DNA of 64,000 bases from assembly GCA_030700225.1 (NCBI GenBank), contig JAUYJT010000052.1, positions 3,084 to 67,083 of the forward strand. The letters run 5' to 3'. Positions within the stretch are counted from its first letter, which is position 1. Every line of letters begins with the position of its first letter. The notes beneath the pieces were generated by a model. That model saw nothing but the letters and a program-made list of their open reading frames with translations. It did not search any database and had not been told where the DNA came from. This DNA comes from Candidatus Nanopelagicales bacterium. GTDB taxonomy: Bacteria; Actinomycetota; Actinomycetes; S36-B12; GCA-2699445. Positions 36,182 to 45,684 of this stretch are shown in pieces. The position numbers and the translations under genes are program-made.

Positions 36182-38007
36182 CCGGCCCTGTCAAGAACTC
36201 GCTTGTACGTTGGAACCGGCTGACGGCCTTGAGGCTTGCCATGATCGCCGTGCTGGTCGTTCCGCTGGTCTTCGGCGGTTTGATGGTTTGGTCCCACTGG
36301 AACCCCACCGGGAACATGAACAACGTGCCCGCCGCCATTGTGAACGAGGATGTCCCGGCGACTCTGCCGGGCAAGACGCTCAACGCAGGCAGCCAACTCG
36401 CCAACACGCTTGTGTCAGAGAACCGCCTTGCCTGGACCCAGACCACGATGGAGGAAGCGCAAAAGGGTTTGGACTCGGGCGCGTACTACATCGCCTTGCT
36501 GATTCCGTCGGACTTCTCGGCGGATCTGGCCAGCATCGACACAGCCTCCCCCACGCAATCGCAGTTGCGAGTTATCACCAACGACGCCACCAACTACGTG
36601 ATCGACGAGATGGCTGATCGTGTGGTCGAACGTGTGCGCGTGGAAGCTAGCGAAGAGGTGCAGTTCGACTTCATGGATGCGGTCTACACGGCCATCGAAG
36701 AAGTGCAGGCCGAAGGCGGCAAGGCCTTCGACAATTCGACCACGCTTCTTCAAGAGGCGAAGAAGTACGCCAAGCGCGCCACGAAGCTGGCCGGGCAGGC
36801 GGCGGCGGACGTCAAGATCGATGAGCAGACGGCCGCACTCATGAAGCAGATCGAAGCCGCGTCGGCGGCGATTCCTTCATCCGCGAGCCAGATGGCAACG
36901 CAGTCAGCCTCCACCGCGAAATCTGCCAGCGCGGTTCGCAAGTCCGGACAGGACGTTGACGCGCAGCTTGTGAAGATCCAGAAGGAACTCCAAAGCCAAG
37001 GACTCGCGGCCCTGGCCAAGCAGGTCGGCGACGCGAAAACCGATCTGGACAAGAACGTGCTGTCGCAGACGGATTCCATCGCGCAGGCGACTGCGAAGGA
37101 AGCCGCCCAGGCCAAGGAGATATCAACCAAGACGTCTCAGGTAGCGACGCAGGCGAAGACGGCATCGACACAGCTGGCGCAAGAGGCGAAGAACTCCAAA
37201 CAGGTGTCGAAGGCAGCAAGCCTGCTGGCTGATGAGTTGACCGGGAAGTTCGTTCCGGAGGTCGAGGAGATGGATCTCGCGTTGAAGCGTGCGGCGGCGC
37301 AGATCCCTCCAGTGACGGAGGCTGAGCGGCGTGCATTCAGCCAGGTCCTGTCCCAGCCCGTCAAAGTCGAGAACGACCGTCAGAATCCAGTCGCCGCCCC
37401 CGGTGACGGATACGCCTCCAACTTCCTGCCGGTGGCGATGTTCGTAGGCGCGATCTTGCTCCTGGTGCTCGTTCTCCCGTTGAACCCCAGGTTGCTGCAT
37501 CTAGGCCGAAACCCGGTCCAGACCGTCTGGAACTCCTACGCGCCGTTGCTGATCTTCGGGTCTGCCGCCGCGTTCACGATGTTCATCGGGACCGTCGCAC
37601 TCGTTGGCGTGCGGGCCGCCGCCTACATACCCCTACTCCTGGTGTGCCTGGTGACGATGGCGTGTTTCGCGGCGATCGTCCAGTTCCTGAAGGCAGCCAT
37701 TGGCATGGCGGGAACATACGTAGCACTACTCCTGCTTGCTCTCCAGATGGCCGCTTCGGGCAGCGTCTTCCCGATCCAGTCGCTGAACAGTCTGTTCGGG
37801 CTCCTTCACCCGATCCTGCCCATGAGCTACAGCGTCGATGGAGTGCGCAGGACGATCGCTGGCGGGCCGCTGATGCCATACGTGGCGGTGGATCTACTGG
37901 TGCTGATCGGCATCGGCGCGCTATTCCTCGCCGGTACCGTCTGGATCGCGCATCGTCGACGGATCAGGACCGAGCCAACGTTGAAACCGGAGTTGGACAT
38001 AGCCTGA
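36178..38007 (+). CDS. YhgE/Pip domain membrane protein
   Basis: N-terminal transmembrane helix plus the YhgE/Pip N-domain (VPAAIVNED), a long Ala/Gln/Lys coiled-coil ectodomain, and a C-terminal transmembrane helix bundle. Confidence 0.85.
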   Translation: MTGPVKNSLVRWNRLTALRLAMIAVLVVPLVFGGLMVWSHWNPTGNMNNVPAAIVNEDVPATLPGKTLNAGSQLANTLVSENRLAWTQTTMEEAQKGLDSGAYYIALLIPSDFSADLASIDTASPTQSQLRVITNDATNYVIDEMADRVVERVRVEASEEVQFDFMDAVYTAIEEVQAEGGKAFDNSTTLLQEAKKYAKRATKLAGQAAADVKIDEQTAALMKQIEAASAAIPSSASQMATQSASTAKSASAVRKSGQDVDAQLVKIQKELQSQGLAALAKQVGDAKTDLDKNVLSQTDSIAQATAKEAAQAKEISTKTSQVATQAKTASTQLAQEAKNSKQVSKAASLLADELTGKFVPEVEEMDLALKRAAAQIPPVTEAERRAFSQVLSQPVKVENDRQNPVAAPGDGYASNFLPVAMFVGAILLLVLVLPLNPRLLHLGRNPVQTVWNSYAPLLIFGSAAAFTMFIGTVALVGVRAAAYIPLLLVCLVTMACFAAIVQFLKAAIGMAGTYVALLLLALQMAASGSVFPIQSLNSLFGLLHPILPMSYSVDGVRRTIAGGPLMPYVAVDLLVLIGIGALFLAGTVWIAHRRRIRTEPTLKPELDIA

Positions 38008-38026
38008 CGGGGCTGGTCCGCGGATC

Positions 38027-39898
38027 GTGCCAACACCAGCCCGGGTGAGAAGCCGTGGCCCTCTGGCCGTTGCCGCCATCGGAATCGTGTTCGGGGACAT
38101 CGGCACGAGCCCGCTCTACTCGGTGCAGCAGATCTTCAGCGGGGCCCACACGATAGCTCCGGATCCGCCTCGTGTACTCGGGGCCATGTCCCTGATCTTC
38201 TGGACCGTGACCTTGATCGTCTCGGTGAAATACGTACTCGTCGTCATGCGGGCTGACAATGACGGCGAAGGCGGGATCATGGCCTTGGCATCCCTGACGG
38301 TCCTGCACCCGTTCAAGACCGCCAGGCGCAGGATGGTGCTTCTCGGGCTCGGTGTTTTCGGTGCGGCGCTCTTCTACGGCGACAGCATGATCACGCCAGC
38401 GGTCTCGGTGCTTAGCGCCGTGGAGGGCCTGGCGGTGTTCGACTCGGGCCTGCAACCGGTAGTCGTGCCGCTGGCTGTAGTCGTGCTGGTCACGCTCTTC
38501 GCGGTACAGCGATTCGGCACTGCTCGGGTTGGGGCGATCTTCGGGCCGATCATGATCGTCTGGTTCGTCGTGATCGGGGCGCTCGGGGTGGTGAGCATCA
38601 TTGGGACTCCCTCTGTCCTTTCGAGCATCGCCCCGTCGAACGCTGTGTCGTTGTTCGTCAACGAGCCGCTCGTGGGGTTCTTGGCGCTCAGTTCGGTCAT
38701 CCTCTGCGTCACCGGGGTTGAGGCGTTGTACGCGGACATGGGTCACTTCGGTACAGGGCCCATCAGGATCTCGTGGTTTGGCTTGGTGTCTTGGGCCCTG
38801 TATCTGAATTACATGGGGCAGGGGGCTCTTCTCCTCCGGGATCCTGGCGCCGCCGCGAACCCGTTCTACGAACTCGCTCCGGATGTGCTGCAGATTCCTC
38901 TCGTGGTTCTCGCCACGGTCGCCACCGTGATCGCGTCACAGGCCGTTATTTCCGGGGCGTTCTCCATGACCGACCAAGCGATCAAGCTTGGCTTCCTTCC
39001 GCGGATGACGGTCGTGCACACGTCAGCTCAGACGCGCGGCCAGATCTTCGTCCCGTTCATCAACGGGCTGTTGCTGATCTCCATCCTGGCTCTGGTTGTG
39101 GGCTTCCGAAGCTCATCGAACCTGGCCTCCGCCTATGGCCTAGCGGTCTCAGGTACTTTCGTGATCACGACGGTGCTGATCTGCGTTGTAGCGCGGACCC
39201 GGTGGCGCGTTCCCTGGGCGCTACTCGTGCCCGTGACGGCATTCTTCCTGGCCATTGAACTCGCGTTTGTAGCTTCGAACCTCACCAAGTTCAGCCACGG
39301 CGCCTGGGTTCCGGTATTCGTGGCGATCCTGATCGCGGCTGTGCTCACGACCTGGGCGCGTGGACGGACCCTTCTGCGCGATCAGATGAACAAGTACTCG
39401 ATGTCAAACGCGGAGCTTGCCGCCGCTTTTGCTGAGCCTGACACCGCGCGCACCCAGGGAACAGCGGTCTACCTGACGATGGATCAACGGCCGCCTCTGG
39501 CGCTGACCGAGCACTTCCATCTGGGAAGGACCACCAGGAATCTGACGGTGCAGGTTGCCATCGAGACTGCCCGCGTTCCCGTCGTCGCTGAGGACGCTCG
39601 GGTCGATGTGGAGATGGTGTGCCCGGGCTTCGCGCGGGTCGTGTCAAGACACGGATTCATGGAGAAGATCGACATCGGTCGGGATTTGCGGGCAGCCCAG
39701 GCCAAGGGACTTCAGGTCGAAGATCCCGTGATCTACGTCGTGCACACGTCACGAGTCGAACCCCATGGCCGACAGGGAATGGCGCTGTGGCGCAAGCACC
39801 TGTTCGCATTCATGTCGCGCAATGCGGCCGATCCGGCTTCTGCCTTCCGACTTGAGGACGAAGACGTGGTCGAGTACGCCAGCGTTGTGCCGATCTGA
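38027..39898 (+). CDS. kup: KUP/HAK/KT potassium transporter
   Basis: GIVFGDIGTSPLY signature, 12 transmembrane helices and a cytoplasmic C-domain. Confidence 0.95.
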   Translation: MPTPARVRSRGPLAVAAIGIVFGDIGTSPLYSVQQIFSGAHTIAPDPPRVLGAMSLIFWTVTLIVSVKYVLVVMRADNDGEGGIMALASLTVLHPFKTARRRMVLLGLGVFGAALFYGDSMITPAVSVLSAVEGLAVFDSGLQPVVVPLAVVVLVTLFAVQRFGTARVGAIFGPIMIVWFVVIGALGVVSIIGTPSVLSSIAPSNAVSLFVNEPLVGFLALSSVILCVTGVEALYADMGHFGTGPIRISWFGLVSWALYLNYMGQGALLLRDPGAAANPFYELAPDVLQIPLVVLATVATVIASQAVISGAFSMTDQAIKLGFLPRMTVVHTSAQTRGQIFVPFINGLLLISILALVVGFRSSSNLASAYGLAVSGTFVITTVLICVVARTRWRVPWALLVPVTAFFLAIELAFVASNLTKFSHGAWVPVFVAILIAAVLTTWARGRTLLRDQMNKYSMSNAELAAAFAEPDTARTQGTAVYLTMDQRPPLALTEHFHLGRTTRNLTVQVAIETARVPVVAEDARVDVEMVCPGFARVVSRHGFMEKIDIGRDLRAAQAKGLQVEDPVIYVVHTSRVEPHGRQGMALWRKHLFAFMSRNAADPASAFRLEDEDVVEYASVVPI

Positions 39899-39958
39899 CC
39901 CTGAACCGACGCGAATTGTCGGTCCGCTTCATTCGATGTGCTGCCCTAGGATGCTGAG

Positions 39959-40960
39959 ATGCGGATAGCTGTCTTCGGGACAAAGCCATATGACGTCGAC
40001 TCACTGACCGTCGCGAACGAGGCCTACTCCTTTGAGCTCAGGTTCATTGAGGCCAGGCTGACCTCACAAACCGCTGAGCTTGCGCGCGGGTGCGATGCGG
40101 TGTGTGTATTCGTCAACGATCACGGCAACGAGCGAGTTCTCAAGGCGCTGTCTGACGTGGGGGTCAAGTACATCGCGTTGCGCTGCGCCGGCTTCGATCG
40201 ACTGAATGTCGAGGAGGCGCATCGCTTGGGATTGAAGATCGTCAGGGTGCCGTCCTATTCGCCGCACGCCATCGCCGAACACACCGTGGCGCTGCTGCTG
40301 TGCCTGGATCGCAAGATCCATCGCGCGTATAACCGCGTACGCGAAGGCAACTTCGCCCTTAACGGACTGCTTGGCTGGGATCTCTACGGCAAGACTGTCG
40401 GTCTGATCGGTACGGGCAACATCGGCTACTGGACAGCCAAGGCGTTCAAGGGGTTCGGGTGCGACGTGCTCGCGTATGACCTCTACCCAACCGACCAGGT
40501 CAGGGAACTCGGCGTCGAGTTCGTGTCGCATGAGGAGCTACTGGCCAGAAGCGACGCTGTGAGCCTGCATGTGCCTTTGCTGCCGAGCACGATTCACCTG
40601 ATGGACGCCGAACGTATCGCGATGATGAAGCGTGGAGCGATTCTGGTGAACACAAGTCGCGGCGGCCTGATCAACACCCAGGCGGCAATCGATGCGCTGA
40701 TGTCGGGGCAACTATCCGGCTTGGCGATCGATGTCTATGAGGGCGAGGGAGACCTGTTCTTCGAGGATCGAAGTTCGTCAGTGCACATCGATCCGAAGCT
40801 GAGCATCCTCGTCTCGCTTCCGAATGTTCTCGTGACCGCTCACCAAGCCTTCTTCACCCGCGAGGCCCTGGCGAACATCGCGGAGGTCACGATGGAGAAC
40901 CTGGCCATCCTGGACCGCGGTGAGAACTGCCCGAACGAGGTACTTCCGCCCAAGCCCTGA
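39959..40960 (+). CDS. ldhA: NAD-dependent D-lactate dehydrogenase
   Basis: Collinear with E. coli LdhA along its whole length as I remember that sequence (KYIALRCAGF, VVRVPSYSPHAIAEH, GTGNIG, VNTSRGGLI, GENCPNEV). Confidence 0.9.
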   Translation: MRIAVFGTKPYDVDSLTVANEAYSFELRFIEARLTSQTAELARGCDAVCVFVNDHGNERVLKALSDVGVKYIALRCAGFDRLNVEEAHRLGLKIVRVPSYSPHAIAEHTVALLLCLDRKIHRAYNRVREGNFALNGLLGWDLYGKTVGLIGTGNIGYWTAKAFKGFGCDVLAYDLYPTDQVRELGVEFVSHEELLARSDAVSLHVPLLPSTIHLMDAERIAMMKRGAILVNTSRGGLINTQAAIDALMSGQLSGLAIDVYEGEGDLFFEDRSSSVHIDPKLSILVSLPNVLVTAHQAFFTREALANIAEVTMENLAILDRGENCPNEVLPPKP

Positions 40961-40971
40961 CACCCGCGGAT

Positions 40972-41208
40972 TCAAACGCCCGGCAGATCCAAATCCGAGG
41001 CCCATCCGCGCATGCCCGACTCGTCGTGAGGATGCGGGGCGTTTGGATCACGGTTGGGATGTGACGGGTGGTGGCCCTCTTCGATGTGCGCTACCGGGTC
41101 GGACAGATCGTGTATTTCAGCGTCGTCCGCGAGAATGTCAAGACCCAGATCGAAATGCCTGAATCCTGGGTCGTCTCCCGATAGACCGGGAACACCATGC
41201 GACTTCAT
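40972..41208 (-). CDS. small acidic His-rich hypothetical protein (78 aa)
   Basis: GGGAGG lies 6 nt before ATG 41208. Contains HIEEGHHPSHPNRDPNAPHPHDE. Third-position GC is lower than in neighbouring genes. Confidence 0.4.
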   Translation of the reverse strand: MKSHGVPGLSGDDPGFRHFDLGLDILADDAEIHDLSDPVAHIEEGHHPSHPNRDPNAPHPHDESGMRGWASDLDLPGV

Positions 41209-41328
41209 CAGTTGCCTCCCTTGGCTCGCCAAGTCCAGTGTCCCTCCCGCTTGGCCCGGACGGAAGCGGACGGGCGGGTCAGTTCAGCTGGCGGCGGGCG
41301 GATGGTCACCAGGACGTAGCCTTGTCAG

Positions 41329-42477
41329 ATGCGCTGGCCGACCGTACCCCACATCGGTGAGCAGAATCTGGCCTTCGAGTGGCTGTTGGGGCGCTTGGCC
41401 ATGATCGCGACTCTGGCGGTCTTCGTCAGCCGCGAGGCGCCCGGCTTCCGCCTACTGGACAATCCCTCCAAGGTCCGGCTCGGGTTGGCGATCGTGGTGT
41501 TCATCGTGACCTGGGCCTGGTTCTGGCTGAAGCTGGCGGCCGGGCCGGAGACCGCGTGGCATGCGACGGCGGTGGTGTTGATGGTGGCCTCGGCGACGGT
41601 CCTGGTGTTGGACAGGCCGATTGGATTGTTCCCCTTCTACTATGCGGTGATCGTCGCCGGAGCCGCGTTCCGGTGGCGGATCGGAGCCGCGCTCGCGGCC
41701 GGCACCCTCGCGCTGGCTACGTGTGTGTGGTGGTTCTCGGGGATGGCGGCCGCATGGTCGCTCCAGTCCGTCGCGGTGACCGCATTGCTCGGTGGGGCCG
41801 CTGTCGTGGTGCGCCGCTACGTTGGCGTGCGGCTGGAGCTTCAGCAAACCAAGGAGGAACTCCAGCGCCTCGCCGCAGCAGATGCCCGCGCGAAGCTCGG
41901 CCGCGATTTGCACGATCAGCTTGGCCAGAACTTGACGACTACGGTGATGCAAGGCGAGCTCCTCCTGATGGATCTGCCACCGGGCTGTGACGAGAATGTG
42001 GTCCAACGAGCGCAACTCCTGGTGTCGACGGCTCGCGAGGGACTCGTGCTGATGCGGGAGATGGTTACCGAACTGCGAGCCCGTGGCGCGAACGTCGAGG
42101 CCGCACTGGGAAGGCAACTGCTCGAGTCCTGCGGAATCGTCTGCTCCTTCCAGTTGCCAACCGATCCCCTGCCTGGCGAAACGGACGCCGCGTTCGGCTG
42201 GGTCCTGCGAGAGGCCGTCACCAATGTCGTGCGGCACAGTGGTGCTACCGAATGCACTGTCACGATCCGCAAGGACGGCGGCGGATGCGACCTCAGGGTC
42301 AGCGACAACGGGCGTGGAGCGGTGTCCGCCGCGCAGGGAAACGGGTTGACCCACATGCGCGAACGCCTCGAGCTCGCAGGCGGCACGCTGTCGGTTATCA
42401 CGAGTACGACGGGTGGCTATGCGCTCACCGCGAGCGTGCCAGCCGCAGCGGCCGCTGGCGTTGAGGTGGCGCCTTGA
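41329..42477 (+). CDS. sensor histidine kinase (HisKA_3 / NarL-partner type)
   Basis: Multi-transmembrane N-terminus, H-box LHDQLGQNL, and the ATPase N/G boxes (EAVTNVVRH, DNGRG). Confidence 0.85.
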   Translation: MRWPTVPHIGEQNLAFEWLLGRLAMIATLAVFVSREAPGFRLLDNPSKVRLGLAIVVFIVTWAWFWLKLAAGPETAWHATAVVLMVASATVLVLDRPIGLFPFYYAVIVAGAAFRWRIGAALAAGTLALATCVWWFSGMAAAWSLQSVAVTALLGGAAVVVRRYVGVRLELQQTKEELQRLAAADARAKLGRDLHDQLGQNLTTTVMQGELLLMDLPPGCDENVVQRAQLLVSTAREGLVLMREMVTELRARGANVEAALGRQLLESCGIVCSFQLPTDPLPGETDAAFGWVLREAVTNVVRHSGATECTVTIRKDGGGCDLRVSDNGRGAVSAAQGNGLTHMRERLELAGGTLSVITSTTGGYALTASVPAAAAAGVEVAP

Positions 42478-43079
42478 TATCAGTAGTAGTTGCCGAAGAT
42501 CAGGCCCTGCTGCGGGGGGCTTTGTGTGAGATCCTGTCCCGAACTGACGACATCCAGGTCGTCGGCCAATGCGCGCGCGGCGACGAGGTTCCAGCGGAGG
42601 TCGTGCGGCTACGACCAGACGTAGCCGTGCTGGACATTGAGATGCCCGGCTTGGACGGGTTGGAAGTCGCCCGGCAACTCACATCCGTGGCTCCGGTGAC
42701 ACGTGTGCTGATGCTGACAGTTTTCGGCAAGCCTGGGTATCTGAGGCGGGCGATGAACAACGGGGCCTTGGGCTTCGTGCTCAAGGACAGCCCTCCCGAT
42801 CAGTTGGTCGACGCCATACGGCGAACGGCGAATGGGGAGCGCGTGGTTGACCCGGAGCTTGCCATCACCGCGCTGCGCCGGGGCGACTCACCATTAACAC
42901 CGCGAGAAACCGAAGTCCTGGCTGCCAGCCGCCGGTTCCCGGGGACAGCTGATCTGGCGCGGCATTTGCACCTGAGCGCCGGGACTGTGCGCAACACGAT
43001 TTCCACCGCGATTCAGAAACTGGCCGCGACGGGGCGAGCCGATGCCGCTCGCATCGCGGATGACAACGGATGGCTGTGA
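42474..43079 (+). CDS. NarL/LuxR-family response regulator
   Basis: Receiver domain (VVAEDQ..., DVAVLDIEMPG) plus a LuxR helix-turn-helix (LTPRETEVL). 4-bp overlap with the kinase gene. Confidence 0.9.
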   Translation: MISVVVAEDQALLRGALCEILSRTDDIQVVGQCARGDEVPAEVVRLRPDVAVLDIEMPGLDGLEVARQLTSVAPVTRVLMLTVFGKPGYLRRAMNNGALGFVLKDSPPDQLVDAIRRTANGERVVDPELAITALRRGDSPLTPRETEVLAASRRFPGTADLARHLHLSAGTVRNTISTAIQKLAATGRADAARIADDNGWL

Positions 43080-43168
43080 GCGTGCGCTCGCAGCCCTGAC
43101 ATTTGTAATGGCACAACCGTGATTGATGTGTCTGGTGCTCCGGGTCGGACGCTCCTAGTTTTCGTTGC

Positions 43169-44692
43169 GTGACATATTCGAAGCCCGCGCCGCCGTTGGA
43201 TCCCAGTACTCCACCTCAACTACTACCCCCGCCATGGCAGCCCCCGCCTCCATCTGAGACCTGGATAGCCCGCCGCTTCCGAAGTCTGCTCCCCTCAGCG
43301 GTGGCCCCGCTATCGGGGCTGCTGCTAGTCGGCGCCGTCGCGCTGGTCTTCGACCTGAGTGCGAATGGCGGCCTGGGCGGTTTCGGCTTCTTCACCTTCG
43401 TCTGCGTACTGGTCGCTGCCCTCTACGCGGGTGGGACGCGCAACGCATCGCAGGTGACCGCCCTGGCGTGCGCTGTCCTGCTATCGGCGATCTGGGTCTT
43501 CCGTGAGAGCGGCTGGATGAGACTTTCCTCGTCGCTGTTGGTCGTCGCTTGCCTGTTGGCCGCCCTGACTGTCGCACGGGATCGGCCGGTGTTCGATGTC
43601 CGGTGGGTCGACACCATGGTTGCGGCGTACGACGCGATCGTTTCCTTCCTTCTCATGCCTGCGTGGCTGATCCGGGGTTCCCGACGTGCGTGCCCTCCAG
43701 TCACGCGTCGCGGCGCGGATATCACCGTGCGACTCGTGTGTCTGGGACTTCCGCTGCTTCTCACGATCGCGGCCCTGCTCGCCTGGTCGGACGCCGCGTT
43801 CGCAAGCCTGTTCAGCATCAGCATGACCGCGGTCATGACTCACGGTGTCCTGTTCTTCATCGGGCTCGCGATTGCCGGCTGGTTCATGCGCTGCGCGGTC
43901 GTCCGTGACGCGCGTGTCCCCACCCGGGCCAGCGCGCTGAGAGCGTCCTTCGCGGAAACTGTCGCGATCCTTGGCGGGATCGCGCTGCTCCTGGGGGCGT
44001 TCGCGAGCGTCCAGATCGCCACCGCACTGGATGACAGCGGCCCTGTGGGCAAGGGGTCGGCGGCCGCCTACTCTGCCCATGCGAGATCTGGCTACTTCCA
44101 GCTGCTGGCGGTCGTCGCCATCGTCGTGATGACTCTCGTTGTGTTTGACAGGTTGGCCCAGCACGAGCACCGGTGGCAGCGGCTCACTCAGATAGCTCTC
44201 TCGCTGGCGATCGTCGGCCTGAGCATCGCTATCGCGGGTGTTGCGTTGCGTCGGCTCGCGCAGTACTCGGAGGCCTTCGGGCTGACCATGCTGCGACTCG
44301 TCGCGATCCCAGCGGCGGCTTGGATGGTGATCTTGCTCGTGCTGGTGGCGGTGTCGGTGTGCGGCGGGCGCCGGCGCAGCTGGCTGCCAGGAGTCGCCGG
44401 TATCGCACTGGTGGCGATTTGGTTGGGCTTCGCGGCGATCAATCCTCAGCAGGTCATGGTCGACTACGACTTCGCCCATGCCGACGAGGCGCGACTGGAC
44501 CTGCGCTACCTCACATCGCTGTCGAGCGACGCCACACCCGCACTCGCCGCGCATGTCGCGGACCTGCCGCTGGAAGAGCAGGCGCTGGTGCGCAGGCGTA
44601 TGTGCTGGCGCGGGGACCGGCCTGTCGGGCTTGCGCAGCTCAGCGTGTCTCAGATCAAGGCCCAGGAAGCCCTCGAGGCGATGTGTCCGTGA
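43169..44692 (+). CDS. polytopic membrane protein (DUF4153/DUF4173-like by impression)
   Basis: Pro-rich N-terminus followed by at least 10 transmembrane helices. GTG start. Confidence 0.7.
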   Translation: MTYSKPAPPLDPSTPPQLLPPPWQPPPPSETWIARRFRSLLPSAVAPLSGLLLVGAVALVFDLSANGGLGGFGFFTFVCVLVAALYAGGTRNASQVTALACAVLLSAIWVFRESGWMRLSSSLLVVACLLAALTVARDRPVFDVRWVDTMVAAYDAIVSFLLMPAWLIRGSRRACPPVTRRGADITVRLVCLGLPLLLTIAALLAWSDAAFASLFSISMTAVMTHGVLFFIGLAIAGWFMRCAVVRDARVPTRASALRASFAETVAILGGIALLLGAFASVQIATALDDSGPVGKGSAAAYSAHARSGYFQLLAVVAIVVMTLVVFDRLAQHEHRWQRLTQIALSLAIVGLSIAIAGVALRRLAQYSEAFGLTMLRLVAIPAAAWMVILLVLVAVSVCGGRRRSWLPGVAGIALVAIWLGFAAINPQQVMVDYDFAHADEARLDLRYLTSLSSDATPALAAHVADLPLEEQALVRRRMCWRGDRPVGLAQLSVSQIKAQEALEAMCP

Positions 44693-45684
44693 CCACCGCG
44701 ACTGGGTCGGCACGTGGCGGTCTGAAGATCCTGCCGTCCGGATGGCCGGGCTGGGTGGTTGGCGTTGCCGTTGCGGGGGTCGCCGACATTACCGCCTTTC
44801 GCTACCTCGGAGTCGAGACGGGGGTACTGGCCTTCGCTATCGCCTTCACGCCATTCGTGTGCTTGGCCTCGGTGCTTCTGCTGCCGCTGGCGCTGCTGTC
44901 ACGATCGGTGGCGGTAGCGGCAGTCGCCGTGGCTGCGGCCGCCATTCAGCTCTGGTGGCTTGTGCCTGGCTTCGTGGGCGCCGGCGTGCCGTCGGACTCC
45001 CCCGCCACATTGACGGTCATGACGTCCAATCTGCAGGTCGGACGAGCCGACGCTGACCGGATCACCGGGCTGGTCAGCGCGAATCGCGTCGATCTGCTCG
45101 GCGTCCAGGAGATGACCGCCCCGGCCCGCGAACGGCTACGCGAAGCTGGCATCGATTCGCTGTTGCCATTCGGCCGCTTCGACAACTCCGGCAACGGGAT
45201 CTGGTCCCGATATCCGATCGGGGGACCTGACGCAGGCGGCGTCGCTCTGGAATGGCCGACCCTGGGTGCTCGAGTGGAGGGCCCGCGCGGAGACTTCACC
45301 TTCGTCACCGTTCATCCGTCGGCACCGCTGACACCTGGCCACGCCAGGTGGACCGCCGACCAGCCACTGCTGCTGGCGAACCTGAACTCGACTCGCGGAC
45401 CGGTAGTTGTCGCTGGCGACTTCAACGCAACTCTTGACCACCGAATCATGCGGGATCTCCAAGCCGCAGGATTCTCAGATGCTGCCGAGGCCTCGGGGGC
45501 AGGCCTGAATCCGACCTGGCCCGCGGGTCGGCGGCTGCCATTCCCAGCAGTGAGCATTGACCATGTCATCTACCGCGACATCGATCTGGCTCCGGTCAAC
45601 ACCTTCACTGAGACCGTCGGCGGGTCGGACCACTTGGCTGTGATCGTCCGTTTCGCTGAGGCGTCAGCTGAGGTCCGGTCGTAA
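44689..45684 (+). CDS. membrane-anchored endonuclease/exonuclease/phosphatase (EEP) family protein
   Basis: GTGA overlap with the upstream gene. Transmembrane helices followed by EEP motifs VMTSNL, LLGVQEM, GDFNAT, SDHLAV. The ORF-track extension from 44173 is rejected. Confidence 0.8.
   Translation: MTTATGSARGGLKILPSGWPGWVVGVAVAGVADITAFRYLGVETGVLAFAIAFTPFVCLASVLLLPLALLSRSVAVAAVAVAAAAIQLWWLVPGFVGAGVPSDSPATLTVMTSNLQVGRADADRITGLVSANRVDLLGVQEMTAPARERLREAGIDSLLPFGRFDNSGNGIWSRYPIGGPDAGGVALEWPTLGARVEGPRGDFTFVTVHPSAPLTPGHARWTADQPLLLANLNSTRGPVVVAGDFNATLDHRIMRDLQAAGFSDAAEASGAGLNPTWPAGRRLPFPAVSIDHVIYRDIDLAPVNTFTETVGGSDHLAVIVRFAEASAEVRS

Noticed and set aside
40960-41329. Possible non-coding RNA in the 370-bp region after ldhA
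   Set aside because: Most of the region is covered by the small His-rich ORF, which has a strong ribosome-binding site. I could find no convincing conserved RNA structure by eye.
44173-44688. N-terminal extension of the EEP-family ORF
   Set aside because: It overlaps the preceding membrane-protein gene in another frame and is Arg/Gly-rich. GTG 44689 gives a GTGA coupling and starts with sensible transmembrane helices.
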